From an uncultured cyanobacterium (GTDB lineage: Bacteria > Cyanobacteriota > Cyanobacteriia > Cyanobacteriales > CAWCAG01): a stretch of 64,000 nucleotides of DNA. How positions within the stretch are numbered: the stretch's first letter is position 1; each line of letters opens with the position of its first letter. The stretch spans positions 1,248,001-1,312,000 of the forward strand of contig CAWCAG010000005.1 in NCBI GenBank assembly GCA_963793425.1, written 5' to 3'. Positions 29,291 to 38,544 of this stretch are shown piece after piece. The notes under the pieces were generated by a model. That model searched no databases. It had not been told where the DNA came from and saw nothing but the letters and a program-made list of their open reading frames with translations. Position numbers and translations under genes: made by a program.

Positions 29291-31279
29291 ATGAATTCTT
29301 TAACCAGGAGAATTATAGTTCCTAATCATTTGGAATATATTGTTTTAGATAGTAATTTGACTATAATTGATCGCTCCTGGAAAGCTAGCCAGTTTGTAAC
29401 TGAAGCGAGTTCGATTAATAGAGGGCAAGATATTCGTATAGCATTTGCAGAATTACGGGGCTATGAAGAAGATTTACAAAACATTTTACTAGAAGAAAAA
29501 GATAATTTACAATTGCGAAGCGTTAGTCGTTGTGGAGAGGGAAAAGGCACTGTCTTTATTAACTTGTTTGTCAATCTCTACCAACATCCAGAGAACCAGC
29601 AAAATTGCTTAATAGTTTTTCTGGAAAATGTAACAGAGCAAATTTTGTTAGAGCGTAATTTAGTACAAGTTAATAAGGAAGCAAATCTTTTTTTTGAGGC
29701 ATTTAGTTCTTCACAACAGTATTTTAGTAAACTAATTACTTCTATGGCTGATGCCATGATTATTCTTAACTTTGAAGGGACTATCAAAGCTATTAATCAA
29801 GCAGCTCAAGATGTTTTAGGTTATGAGGAAAAGGAACTTGTTAGCAATAGTTTTTTGTCTTTAATTAATGACAAAAGTATATCTTTAGAGGAAATACATC
29901 AAAGCTTATTAACTAATAAAGAAAAAGGTATTTGCAAAAATATTGAAATCACTTGTCAAAATAAAAATAGAGAACATCTCACAATTTCCTTTTCTTGTTC
30001 CTTAGTAGAAGCAGAAGTTAAGGGGAGTTACGACTTTATTTATATAGGTAGAGACATTACCCAGCGTAAACGCGCTCAACAACGCCAAGCAGTGCAGTAT
30101 TCTGTAGCTAGAGTTCTTTCAGAGGCTTCTTCATTAAAACAAGCTACTCCTGAGATTTTGCAATCTGTTTGTGAAAGTTTAAGCTGGAATATCGGGGAAC
30201 TTTGGACTCCTATTGCTGTTAATAAAAATAATCATCATCACCTTGAAGTTAGTGAGGATATTTCCTTAAGACGTATGGAAATATGGTCTAAAAATGCTGA
30301 TGCTGCCGGAAAGTTTATTGCAGTAACTGAGCAAATTTCTCTTCCTTCTGGTATGGGTTTGGCAGGAAGAGTTTGGGCTAGCCAATGTCCTCAATGGATT
30401 ACGAATGTTAATGAAGATGCAGATTTTGGTCAAAGTTCTTTTGCTGTTAAAGCTGGTTTAAGTTCTGCCTTTGGTTTCCCTATTCAAAATCGCGGGGAAG
30501 TATTGGGAGTGATGACTTTCTTTAGTCGAGAAATACAGCAAATTGACCAAGAAGTTCTGAAAATAATGACAGCAATCGGCAATCAATTAGGTCAATTTAT
30601 TCAACGTAAAAAAGTAGAGTTGGCCCTACGAGAAGAGCAAAAACAAACAGAAACTCTACTACTAAATATTTTACCTTTACCTATTGCTGAACGTTTAAAG
30701 CACCAACCTAGTACTATTGCTGACAGTTTTGATGAGGTGACAGTTTTATTTGCTGATTTAGTTGGTTTTACTCATCTAGCTTCTTCTTTATCTCCTATTG
30801 AACTAGTTGAAATTCTTAATGCTATCTTTTCTGAGTTTGATCACTTAACAGAAAAATATGGCTTAGAAAAAATCAAAACCGTCGGGGATGCCTATATGGT
30901 GGTAGGAGGTTTGCCCACCCAGCGCGAAAATCATGCTGAAGCGATCGCAGAAATGGCTTTGGATATACAAGCAGTGATGGCAAGATTTAATATCACCCAA
31001 GAGAAGCCATTTAGCATCCGCATTGGGGTTAATACAGGATCTGTGGTGGCAGGGGTGATTGGTACGAAAAAATTTACTTACGATTTATGGGGAGATACTG
31101 TTAATATCGCTAGTCGTATGGAATCTCAAGGCATTGCTGATGAAATACAAGTTACAGAAGAAACTTTTCAGCGTCTTAAAGATGGCTATCAATTTCAACG
31201 ACGAGGTTTAGTTGATATAAAAGGCAAAGGGAAGATGCCTACTTATTTGTTAAAGAGTCGTAAGGTAGAAGCAACTTAA
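29291..31279 (+). CDS. Class III adenylate cyclase with PAS-like, PAS and GAF domains (start could be 29249/29261)
   Basis: VLFADLVGFT, EKIKTVGDAYM (ATP-specifying K), YDLWGDTVNIASRMES; PAS (SMADAMIIL..INQAA..LGY..GRDITQRK); GAF (GMGLAGRVW, AFGFPI). Confidence 0.93.
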   Translation: MNSLTRRIIVPNHLEYIVLDSNLTIIDRSWKASQFVTEASSINRGQDIRIAFAELRGYEEDLQNILLEEKDNLQLRSVSRCGEGKGTVFINLFVNLYQHPENQQNCLIVFLENVTEQILLERNLVQVNKEANLFFEAFSSSQQYFSKLITSMADAMIILNFEGTIKAINQAAQDVLGYEEKELVSNSFLSLINDKSISLEEIHQSLLTNKEKGICKNIEITCQNKNREHLTISFSCSLVEAEVKGSYDFIYIGRDITQRKRAQQRQAVQYSVARVLSEASSLKQATPEILQSVCESLSWNIGELWTPIAVNKNNHHHLEVSEDISLRRMEIWSKNADAAGKFIAVTEQISLPSGMGLAGRVWASQCPQWITNVNEDADFGQSSFAVKAGLSSAFGFPIQNRGEVLGVMTFFSREIQQIDQEVLKIMTAIGNQLGQFIQRKKVELALREEQKQTETLLLNILPLPIAERLKHQPSTIADSFDEVTVLFADLVGFTHLASSLSPIELVEILNAIFSEFDHLTEKYGLEKIKTVGDAYMVVGGLPTQRENHAEAIAEMALDIQAVMARFNITQEKPFSIRIGVNTGSVVAGVIGTKKFTYDLWGDTVNIASRMESQGIADEIQVTEETFQRLKDGYQFQRRGLVDIKGKGKMPTYLLKSRKVEAT

Positions 31280-31358
31280 TTAATCTCTAAAGATAATTAA
31301 GCTATTGTGCTTATCTGAGAAAGTTTATAGTTATTCAGAATTGCCACCACATCTCCTA

Positions 31359-31550
31359 CTACTTTAAATTCAATAAATTCTTTAAAGGTGAAGATTGGTT
31401 TGAATTGGTCGAGTTTTTTTGCCCTTCTGGTTTAGATGAATTACTATCCCTTTCCTTTCTTGGTTCCGTGGCCTTTTTTTGAGTAGAATTGTCTGAGGTT
31501 TCCAGACTAGATTGTTTTTCTGTTAATAAAGAAGTTTGGTTAGGATACAT
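31359..31550 (-). CDS. Small hypothetical protein
   Basis: 63-aa low-complexity ORF with GAAGGAGA RBS-like sequence upstream; no motif. Confidence 0.3.
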   Translation of the reverse strand: MYPNQTSLLTEKQSSLETSDNSTQKKATEPRKERDSNSSKPEGQKNSTNSNQSSPLKNLLNLK

Positions 31551-31937
31551 AAGTGCTTTTTCTCCTTCAATTCCTGTTCATGGTTTAGTGTATTGCGCGT
31601 TACTTTTAACCCTGATCTTAAGAACTGAATTCTACAAGGAAATAATCAGGAGTGTTGTTTCTCCTTTCTTGTAGACTATTACAAAGTAGTAAATTACCCT
31701 AAGCAAGCTTTATTTAGACGCAACCAGAGTATAACTTTTTAGCTATTTACTCAGACTACTTGCTTTTCTTAGTTGTTTATTATAATGGCAAAGTGAGTAT
31801 TTTCCAAGAGTATGCTGTTTTTAATTTATTAGATAAGTTCTTTTCATTTCATGGAACTTACTTACTTAGTCTCTGTAACTCTATATTTCCTGTTGCCTTT
31901 TGCTTACTTTGATTTGCAAGTTCACACAGCTAATCTC

Positions 31938-32490
31938 ATGACAAAGAATCTTCTCAAGTCTTTTTCTATTTATGGTCTTTTCGGGACAAATGTTTCGGTA
32001 GGAAAAAAGCAAGGAAAAAAATCTACTCCTCATCTTGAGGATTGTGCAGAATTAACAAAAAGATATCTACGAAAAGCAAAAAGAAATTGATAACTCAATT
32101 AACAAATTTAAAGCAGTTTGCAACAATTACCTGATTGGCAAAAGAGTATTTTATGATGAGAGTAATATCAAAATTTATCTCAAGTCAGATAATAGCACTG
32201 AACCATTGCCATTAAATAAGCTTTCTTCTGGAGAAAAGCAAATCATCTCTATCTTTTCTAAAATTTATCTTTCTGATGTTGAAGAAAGATTTATTGTCCT
32301 TTTTGACGAGCCAGAATTATCACTATCAATGATTTGGCAGAAAAAATTACTTCCAGATATTTTAGATTCAAACAAATGTGACTTTCTTCTAGCCGTGACT
32401 CATTCGCCTTTCATCTTTGGTAATGAGTTAGATAAATACGCTGTGGGCTTAAACGAATATATAAAACCTCAAGCAGAAATCATAGCTTAA
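31938..32490 (+). pseudogene. Internally deleted ABC/AAA_21-type ATPase (AriA-like)
   Basis: N-terminus MTKNLLKSFSIYGLFG at 31938. The C-terminal frame is open 32056-32490 with signature LSSGEKQ, Walker B VLFDEPE and H-loop VTHSP. No Walker A is present and the two parts are out of frame. Confidence 0.75.
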
Positions 32491-32493
32491 TCA

Positions 32494-33411
32494 ATGTCAT
32501 ACTTAGACAAATTGAGAGCAAGCCGAGATAAACCCCAGGTTGCTTATCACGAGTTTACACTTCATACCAGGGCGAGAAAAGATAGTTTGTTCTGTTTCTT
32601 TGAAGGGAAAGATAACGCTTATTATGTACCCCGGATCAAACATTTTATAGACGATTATTGTCCAATTAGTTGCGGTGGTAGAGATAAAGTATTAAGCGTT
32701 CATGAACTTATTGTTATTCATCCAGAATATGATAAGTATAAAAAAGCATTTTTCATCGACAGAGATTTCAATCCGCCTTTACCACCCCATAATCCACCAA
32801 TATTTGAAACACCTTGTTATTCTATTGAGAATTTTTACGTTTCAGTAGATGTTTTCAAAGAGATTATTACTAACGTATTTCATTTATCAAAAGTAAGCGA
32901 CTCAACATTTCCTGTTTGCCTCCAACTTTTCAAAGATAGACAAGCAGAATTTCACAACGCTACAACTCTATTTAACGCTTGGTATGCTTGTTTAATAGAA
33001 ATAAGGAATAAAACCGGAGAAAAAACTAAAGCAAGTTTAGAAGAGAAGTTACCCAAAAAGTTTATAAGCCTCTCTTTAAAATCAGTTTCTGCAAACTATG
33101 ACATCAACACAATAAAAGCAAATTTCCCCGATGCTTTAGAAGTATCACAAGAAGATTTAGAGGAAAAGATTGATGAGTTTACTAACTGTGAACATCGCAA
33201 AGTCTTTAGAGGTAAGTATGAAATGCAATTCTTGATTATGTTCATCGAACAAATACTCAAGGATTCATCGCAAGCAAAAGAATATATCAAAGACAAAATT
33301 AAGTTTCGCTTTAATCAAAAATTGACTAATGAGCAAGCTATCAATGTATTTTCTAGCTGTGCCGAAACACCTGAAAGCTTAACTCATTATTTAAAACAAG
33401 TTACTCAATAA
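32494..33411 (+). CDS. DUF4435 TOPRIM-like protein (AriB-like)
   Basis: FFEGKD, CGGRDKV, FIDRDF, YSIENF, RGK motifs; starts 3 nt after the ATPase stop. Confidence 0.8.
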   Translation: MSYLDKLRASRDKPQVAYHEFTLHTRARKDSLFCFFEGKDNAYYVPRIKHFIDDYCPISCGGRDKVLSVHELIVIHPEYDKYKKAFFIDRDFNPPLPPHNPPIFETPCYSIENFYVSVDVFKEIITNVFHLSKVSDSTFPVCLQLFKDRQAEFHNATTLFNAWYACLIEIRNKTGEKTKASLEEKLPKKFISLSLKSVSANYDINTIKANFPDALEVSQEDLEEKIDEFTNCEHRKVFRGKYEMQFLIMFIEQILKDSSQAKEYIKDKIKFRFNQKLTNEQAINVFSSCAETPESLTHYLKQVTQ

Positions 33412-33419
33412 AAAATAAC

Positions 33420-35321
33420 TTACTCCACCGTCACTGACTTAGCTAAATTACGAGGTTGATCCACATCTAAACCACGTCTGGCGGCAATGTGATAGGAAAG
33501 TAATTGCAAAGGAATCACCGCCAGAATGGGGGAAAGTAACTCTTCTACCACCGGAACAGATAAAATATCATCAAAAGTTTCCATTGCTTCAGAGTCTTCT
33601 CCTGGGGCAACACCAATTAAGCGAGAATCCCTGGCTTTGGCTTCTTGGGCGTTAGAAATTACTTTCCCGTAAACCATTCCTGGCATGGCGATCGCAACTA
33701 CCGGGACTTTATCATCCAACAGGGCAATGGGGCCATGTTTCATTTCTCCGGCGGGGTAGCCTTCGGCGTGGATGTAGCTGATTTCCTTGAGTTTTAAAGC
33801 ACCTTCGAGGGCGATGGGGTAATTGATACCTCTACCTAAAAAGATGAAGTCACGGGTATCACTAAATTCATGGGCCAATTCTTCAATTTGTGATTCTTGA
33901 GTGGTGAGGATTTCTTCCATTTGCCCTGGTAGTTGCCGTAAGCCAGCAACAATTATCCCTAAACGTTCCGGAGTAATGGTTTTACGTCGGTAGGCTAAAT
34001 CTAAAGCGAGGAAGTAGAAAGCCATTAGTTGGGCATTGAAGGTTTTGGTTGCTGCGACACCAATTTCAATACCTGCATGGGTGTTAATAATTTGCCCTAC
34101 CATTTGGGCAATAGTACTTTCTGGGCGATTAGTGATGCCTAATAAACGGGCTTGGAAATGAGGCTCTAAGGCTTTACGACGCTCCTTTTCTGTTTCCAAG
34201 GCGGCGATGGTGTCGGCTGTTTCTCCTGACTGGGTTACGCCGATGGTGAGGGTATTTGCGGCGATGGGGGAAGGGGCATAGCGGAATTCTGAGGAGTATT
34301 GAACTATGGTAGGAATATTGGCTAACTGTTCGAGGAGATATTTACCAACCAAACTGGCGTGCCAACTTGTGCCGCAAGCGAGGATTTGAATTTGTTGAAT
34401 ATTTTCTACTAATTCAGCACTTAAACCCAAATTGATCGGCGCGACATCAGGATTTTCTTGGGGATGCCAAAGGGGATTAAGATAGGCTTCAATACAGGCG
34501 CGGACAACTCCTGGTTGCTCATAAATTTCTTTGAGCATATAGTGGCGGAAGCCTTGCTTTTCCACCAGAATGGGGTTTAAATCTAAGGTGCGAGGAGTTT
34601 TGCGAAGACGGTTTCCCTCTAAATCGTAGACTTCTACTCCCATAGGGGTTAATTTTGCAATTTCTCCATTTTCTAAGGTGAGGACAGCATGGGTATGGGG
34701 AACAATAGCGGGGGTATCGGAAGCGCAAAAGAACTCTCCTTGCCCAAAACCAATAGATAAAGGCGCTTGTTGCCGCACAACAATTAATTCATCGGGATAG
34801 TCAGCGCAAACCACTGCGAGAGCAAAGGCTCCTTTAAGTTTACTAACGGCTGTTCTTACGGCTTCTAAAAAGGGGCTAGGATCGCGAAAATCAGTAGGAG
34901 GGGTTTCGGGTAAAAATTGGGAAATGAGGTGGGGAATGACTTCTGTATCGGTTTCGGAGAGGAATTGACAACCTTGCTTTTTGAGGTTTTCCCGCAATTC
35001 TCGATAGTTTTCGACGATACCATTTTGTACCACTGCCACCCGTTTTTTGGTATCTAAATGAGGATGGGCATTATGTTCTTCTGGTTTACCGTGGGTTGCC
35101 CAACGAGTATGTCCAATACCTATTCTAGCTGGGTTGACTTCCCTTTCTACTTTTTCTCGCAGGTTAAAAAGCTTACCCTTCGCCCGAACACAATTAATTT
35201 CTCCTTCCCATACCGTAGCTACTCCTGCTGAGTCATAACCGCGATATTCCAGTTTTTCTAAACCTGCAATTAAGATGTCGGTAGCTACTTGAGTGCCAAT
35301 ATACCCCACAATTCCACACAT
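33420..35321 (-). CDS. glmS: Glutamine--fructose-6-phosphate aminotransferase
   Basis: MCGIVG start, HTRWATHG, C-terminus DQPRNLAKSVTVE. Confidence 0.99.
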   Translation of the reverse strand: MCGIVGYIGTQVATDILIAGLEKLEYRGYDSAGVATVWEGEINCVRAKGKLFNLREKVEREVNPARIGIGHTRWATHGKPEEHNAHPHLDTKKRVAVVQNGIVENYRELRENLKKQGCQFLSETDTEVIPHLISQFLPETPPTDFRDPSPFLEAVRTAVSKLKGAFALAVVCADYPDELIVVRQQAPLSIGFGQGEFFCASDTPAIVPHTHAVLTLENGEIAKLTPMGVEVYDLEGNRLRKTPRTLDLNPILVEKQGFRHYMLKEIYEQPGVVRACIEAYLNPLWHPQENPDVAPINLGLSAELVENIQQIQILACGTSWHASLVGKYLLEQLANIPTIVQYSSEFRYAPSPIAANTLTIGVTQSGETADTIAALETEKERRKALEPHFQARLLGITNRPESTIAQMVGQIINTHAGIEIGVAATKTFNAQLMAFYFLALDLAYRRKTITPERLGIIVAGLRQLPGQMEEILTTQESQIEELAHEFSDTRDFIFLGRGINYPIALEGALKLKEISYIHAEGYPAGEMKHGPIALLDDKVPVVAIAMPGMVYGKVISNAQEAKARDSRLIGVAPGEDSEAMETFDDILSVPVVEELLSPILAVIPLQLLSYHIAARRGLDVDQPRNLAKSVTVE

Positions 35322-35409
35322 GATACCCTTCACTCCTAACTCTGGTTTCGATTCAGACTTCAAATATTTTAGGCGGTATTCGGGATAATTGCGTTATGAG
35401 GGGTTAATT

Positions 35410-36048
35410 CTATTGTTCCATTAACAAATTCTGGCTAAATGCTTGCAAAGCAACACTAGAACCAACTTCCCAAGCTAAATTAACATAATTAGGAATAGTT
35501 TGTTTAATGGGAAAGTTAGGGAAAATTTTGCTTGTTTGGCTTGTTAAATAGCAATCGCCTTTAAGTTGATATATTTTCAATTCCTGGGCTTGATAAATCC
35601 AAACTTCAGGAATAGCTAAAGGGATGTAATCTTCAATGGCAGTAAAAGAGGTGACATCAATTTCGATGGCTAAATCTGGTGGTGGATCTATACTCAAATC
35701 GAGTTTGCGTTTTCCCAATATTGCTTGATAGTTTTCAATATAAAAACAAGCGTCTGGTTCTAATCCTGGCTTTTTTCCGTACCTTAAAGTGATGGGATGA
35801 AAACTATCCCAGTTGCGATTTTGGTGACGCAGCAGCGCTTTAACTAAATCGACAATGACATCAATTTCTTTTCCGTGTTCAGCTAAGGGACTCATTAATA
35901 AAATATGGTTATCTCGACAGCGCATACGAATTGCACTACGCTCATTTAATTGCCTTAAAAGCTGTTCGTAATCTACTAATGTTCCTGGGAAATGTAACAG
36001 TGTCCCAGGGGGAAGGTTGATTCTGTCTGGAGTTATAGTAGGCAGCAT
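35410..36048 (-). CDS. Uma2 family endonuclease-like protein
   Basis: MSPL.EH, EPDACFY, PPPDLAIEID, IPEVWIY. Confidence 0.9.
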   Translation of the reverse strand: MLPTITPDRINLPPGTLLHFPGTLVDYEQLLRQLNERSAIRMRCRDNHILLMSPLAEHGKEIDVIVDLVKALLRHQNRNWDSFHPITLRYGKKPGLEPDACFYIENYQAILGKRKLDLSIDPPPDLAIEIDVTSFTAIEDYIPLAIPEVWIYQAQELKIYQLKGDCYLTSQTSKIFPNFPIKQTIPNYVNLAWEVGSSVALQAFSQNLLMEQ

Positions 36049-36132
36049 TTATTTCTATATAAAACAGACTTTTCATAACAGACAACTACTATTGTACTTA
36101 AGTTTGTCTAACTAAATTGCTACTTATGACAC

Positions 36133-36162
36133 TGATGTCTAACGACAACAGCAAACCGCACA
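36133..36162 (+). repeat. Small dispersed repeat, copy 2
   Basis: Matches 18974-19004. Confidence 0.6.
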
Positions 36163-36166
36163 TTGA

Positions 36167-38449
36167 TCATTGATTAAACTGTTTTCTTGCGGATTCTAAA
36201 AGCAAACTTTTCTCCCCACGGGCAATAGCTTGATAAGTAGTTTCTACCCCATGATAATCTACAGAAATAGAAGTTATTCCCCAGCGTATTAATTGCTCAA
36301 TTATCTCAGGATATTGGATTGCTAATTGACCGCAAATAGAAGAAGGAATATTTAATTTAACGGCTTGTTTAACAAGTTGTTCAATCGCTTTAATGACAGC
36401 AGGATAAGCTTCGGAACATAGTTGTTCTAAACTAGCATCTTCTCTGTCAATTCCTAAGATTAATTGAGTTAAGTCATTGCTACCGATGGCAATACCTTGA
36501 ACTCCGGCTTTAACGTATTCAGGTAAGAGAAAAATTACCGAAGGAACTTCTGCCATAATCCATAATTGGAAACCAGGATAATTATTTAACCCTGCTGCTA
36601 TGATGCGATCGCGGCAGAAAGTGAATTCTGGGACGCTGCGGATGAAAGGTAAAATGAGCTTAATATTGTTATAACCGCAGTTATAAAGCTTAACTAAAGC
36701 TTGGAGTTCTAAGTCAAACAAACTACCATCAAGGCGATAATTATAAGCTCCTCTTGCTCCTAAAAGGGAAGGAGAAGTTGTTTCTGAGAGGCAGGCTACT
36801 TTTAAAGCACGCCAATCTAAAGAACGGTAAAAAACAGGTTTTGGGTTAAAAGCTTGGGCAAATTGAGTAATAAGTTGGCTGAGTTGTTCTAATAATAATG
36901 CTTCTCTGCTAGGGTGAAGCCACCAACTTAAAGGATGAGAATTCAACAACTCCATAATCATTAATTCTGAACGCAATAGCCCTAAACCATCAACAGGTAA
37001 ATCAACTACTTCAGGAATGGAACTTGTTTGAGAAAGATTAACTAAAAGTTTGGTAGCAATAGGGTGATAACTTATTTCCTTTGGCTTTGAGGGCGGAGGT
37101 TTTTGAGGAGTTGTTTCTGAATCATATTCAGGGCAATTGTGAACTTCTCCCTTGTCCCCATCTATAAGTAAAGTTAAGCCATTGTTAATCTTCTTAGTAG
37201 CATCTTTAACTCCTACTACTGCTGGTATATTTAATTCCCTAGCTATAATTGCTTCATGACTGGTTTTTCCCCCTTCTTCTGTCACCATTCCCGCTGCTTG
37301 TTGCAGTATCGGTAGCCAGTCTGGGGTGAATTTTTTAGCGACCAAGATTCTTTGTGAAGGAACTGATTGGAAATGTTGAGGTTTTCCTGAAATCAGGTGT
37401 GCTTTGGCAACTGTCTGCCCTGGGGCAGCAGGTATTCCTTGTAAGAGCATAGAGGAAGAGTTTTTCGGTTTTAATGCTGCTTCTTTTTGAGTATATCTTG
37501 CTTGGTAAATAAATTTATGGGTATTAATTTGAGTTAAATAAACTTGAGACTGAGCAGATGCTATGATTGTCCATTCTAAGGTGGCTAAGGTTGATTTATG
37601 AGGAAACCTTTTTTGGACTAGCTTGGTAATGATATTTAAAAAAGTTTGATTGAGACTATAGCTTTCTTGTTCTTCTGGAGATAATAAATAGGTTTCTAAA
37701 CAATCTTCACCAAGTTTGTAAGCGAGGGCTTTATTACCTAAGTTTTGCTTGATGACTTGATTAGTAAATCTTTGTACTTCATAATAATCAGGGATAACAC
37801 TTCCTTCTACCAAACTATGACCCAAACCATAATTAGCTTTAATTTGTAAAGATTGGGGGCTAACTTCTACTGTTCCCGAAGCGATCGCATTTTGAATAGG
37901 TTGGACTAAAATAGCTAAACCAACTTGATGTAAGTTGATGCCCAGACGTTGCCAATAAAACAAACTCCTGGCCCGAAATAACTCTGCCCAGGCCTTTTTT
38001 AAAGCTATTTCCCAACTATAGGAATCACAACGACAAATTTGAGATTTAAGAATGCCTGCAAAGTCTACATTGAAGTTAGGTGGTAGGGTAACTGAAGGGC
38101 GCAAAATAGCATAAGAGGAAGGGAATTCTTCAACAGCAGAACTAAAATTTGTTCCCCAACTATCAGGAAAAGAAGTATTAACAATCTGGTGACGAATTCT
38201 TTGGGCTACTTCTTGCAATGTTTTGGGATTGTCAATGTTTATATGTAGGGAGGAAACAGGCCAATCTAGCAGTAAAGGTTCAGTTTGGCTGATAATAGTT
38301 AGAAATTCTTCTAAGCAGGTAACACTGACGACAAAACCAGGGATGACGGGAAAGCCATGTTGGTATAATTGGCTAAGGGCAAAAGCTTTTTCCCCCACCA
38401 GGAAGCACTCTGAAGGTTGAATTTGGTCGAAGTGGTAAATTGTGGTCAA
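36167..38449 (-). CDS. PEP synthase-like (PPDK_N / PEP-utilizer) protein, divergent
   Basis: VGEKA, PGFVV, GLGHSLVEG, GGKTSHEAIIARELNIPAVVG, GLLRSE, MAEVPS, IGSNDLTQ, SICGQ. Confidence 0.85.
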   Translation of the reverse strand: MTTIYHFDQIQPSECFLVGEKAFALSQLYQHGFPVIPGFVVSVTCLEEFLTIISQTEPLLLDWPVSSLHINIDNPKTLQEVAQRIRHQIVNTSFPDSWGTNFSSAVEEFPSSYAILRPSVTLPPNFNVDFAGILKSQICRCDSYSWEIALKKAWAELFRARSLFYWQRLGINLHQVGLAILVQPIQNAIASGTVEVSPQSLQIKANYGLGHSLVEGSVIPDYYEVQRFTNQVIKQNLGNKALAYKLGEDCLETYLLSPEEQESYSLNQTFLNIITKLVQKRFPHKSTLATLEWTIIASAQSQVYLTQINTHKFIYQARYTQKEAALKPKNSSSMLLQGIPAAPGQTVAKAHLISGKPQHFQSVPSQRILVAKKFTPDWLPILQQAAGMVTEEGGKTSHEAIIARELNIPAVVGVKDATKKINNGLTLLIDGDKGEVHNCPEYDSETTPQKPPPSKPKEISYHPIATKLLVNLSQTSSIPEVVDLPVDGLGLLRSELMIMELLNSHPLSWWLHPSREALLLEQLSQLITQFAQAFNPKPVFYRSLDWRALKVACLSETTSPSLLGARGAYNYRLDGSLFDLELQALVKLYNCGYNNIKLILPFIRSVPEFTFCRDRIIAAGLNNYPGFQLWIMAEVPSVIFLLPEYVKAGVQGIAIGSNDLTQLILGIDREDASLEQLCSEAYPAVIKAIEQLVKQAVKLNIPSSICGQLAIQYPEIIEQLIRWGITSISVDYHGVETTYQAIARGEKSLLLESARKQFNQ

Positions 38450-38544
38450 TAGAGCCGTAAATTTGATTGATTGTCAATTGTTACCTTAAAACAAAATAAA
38501 AATAAAAACTGCTGATCATTGAACATTGAACATTGATAACTGAT

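Noticed and set aside
31851..32090. 79-aa ORF as an independent gene
   Set aside because: Only the part from ATG 31938 resembles protein (ATPase N-terminus); treated as part of the pseudogene
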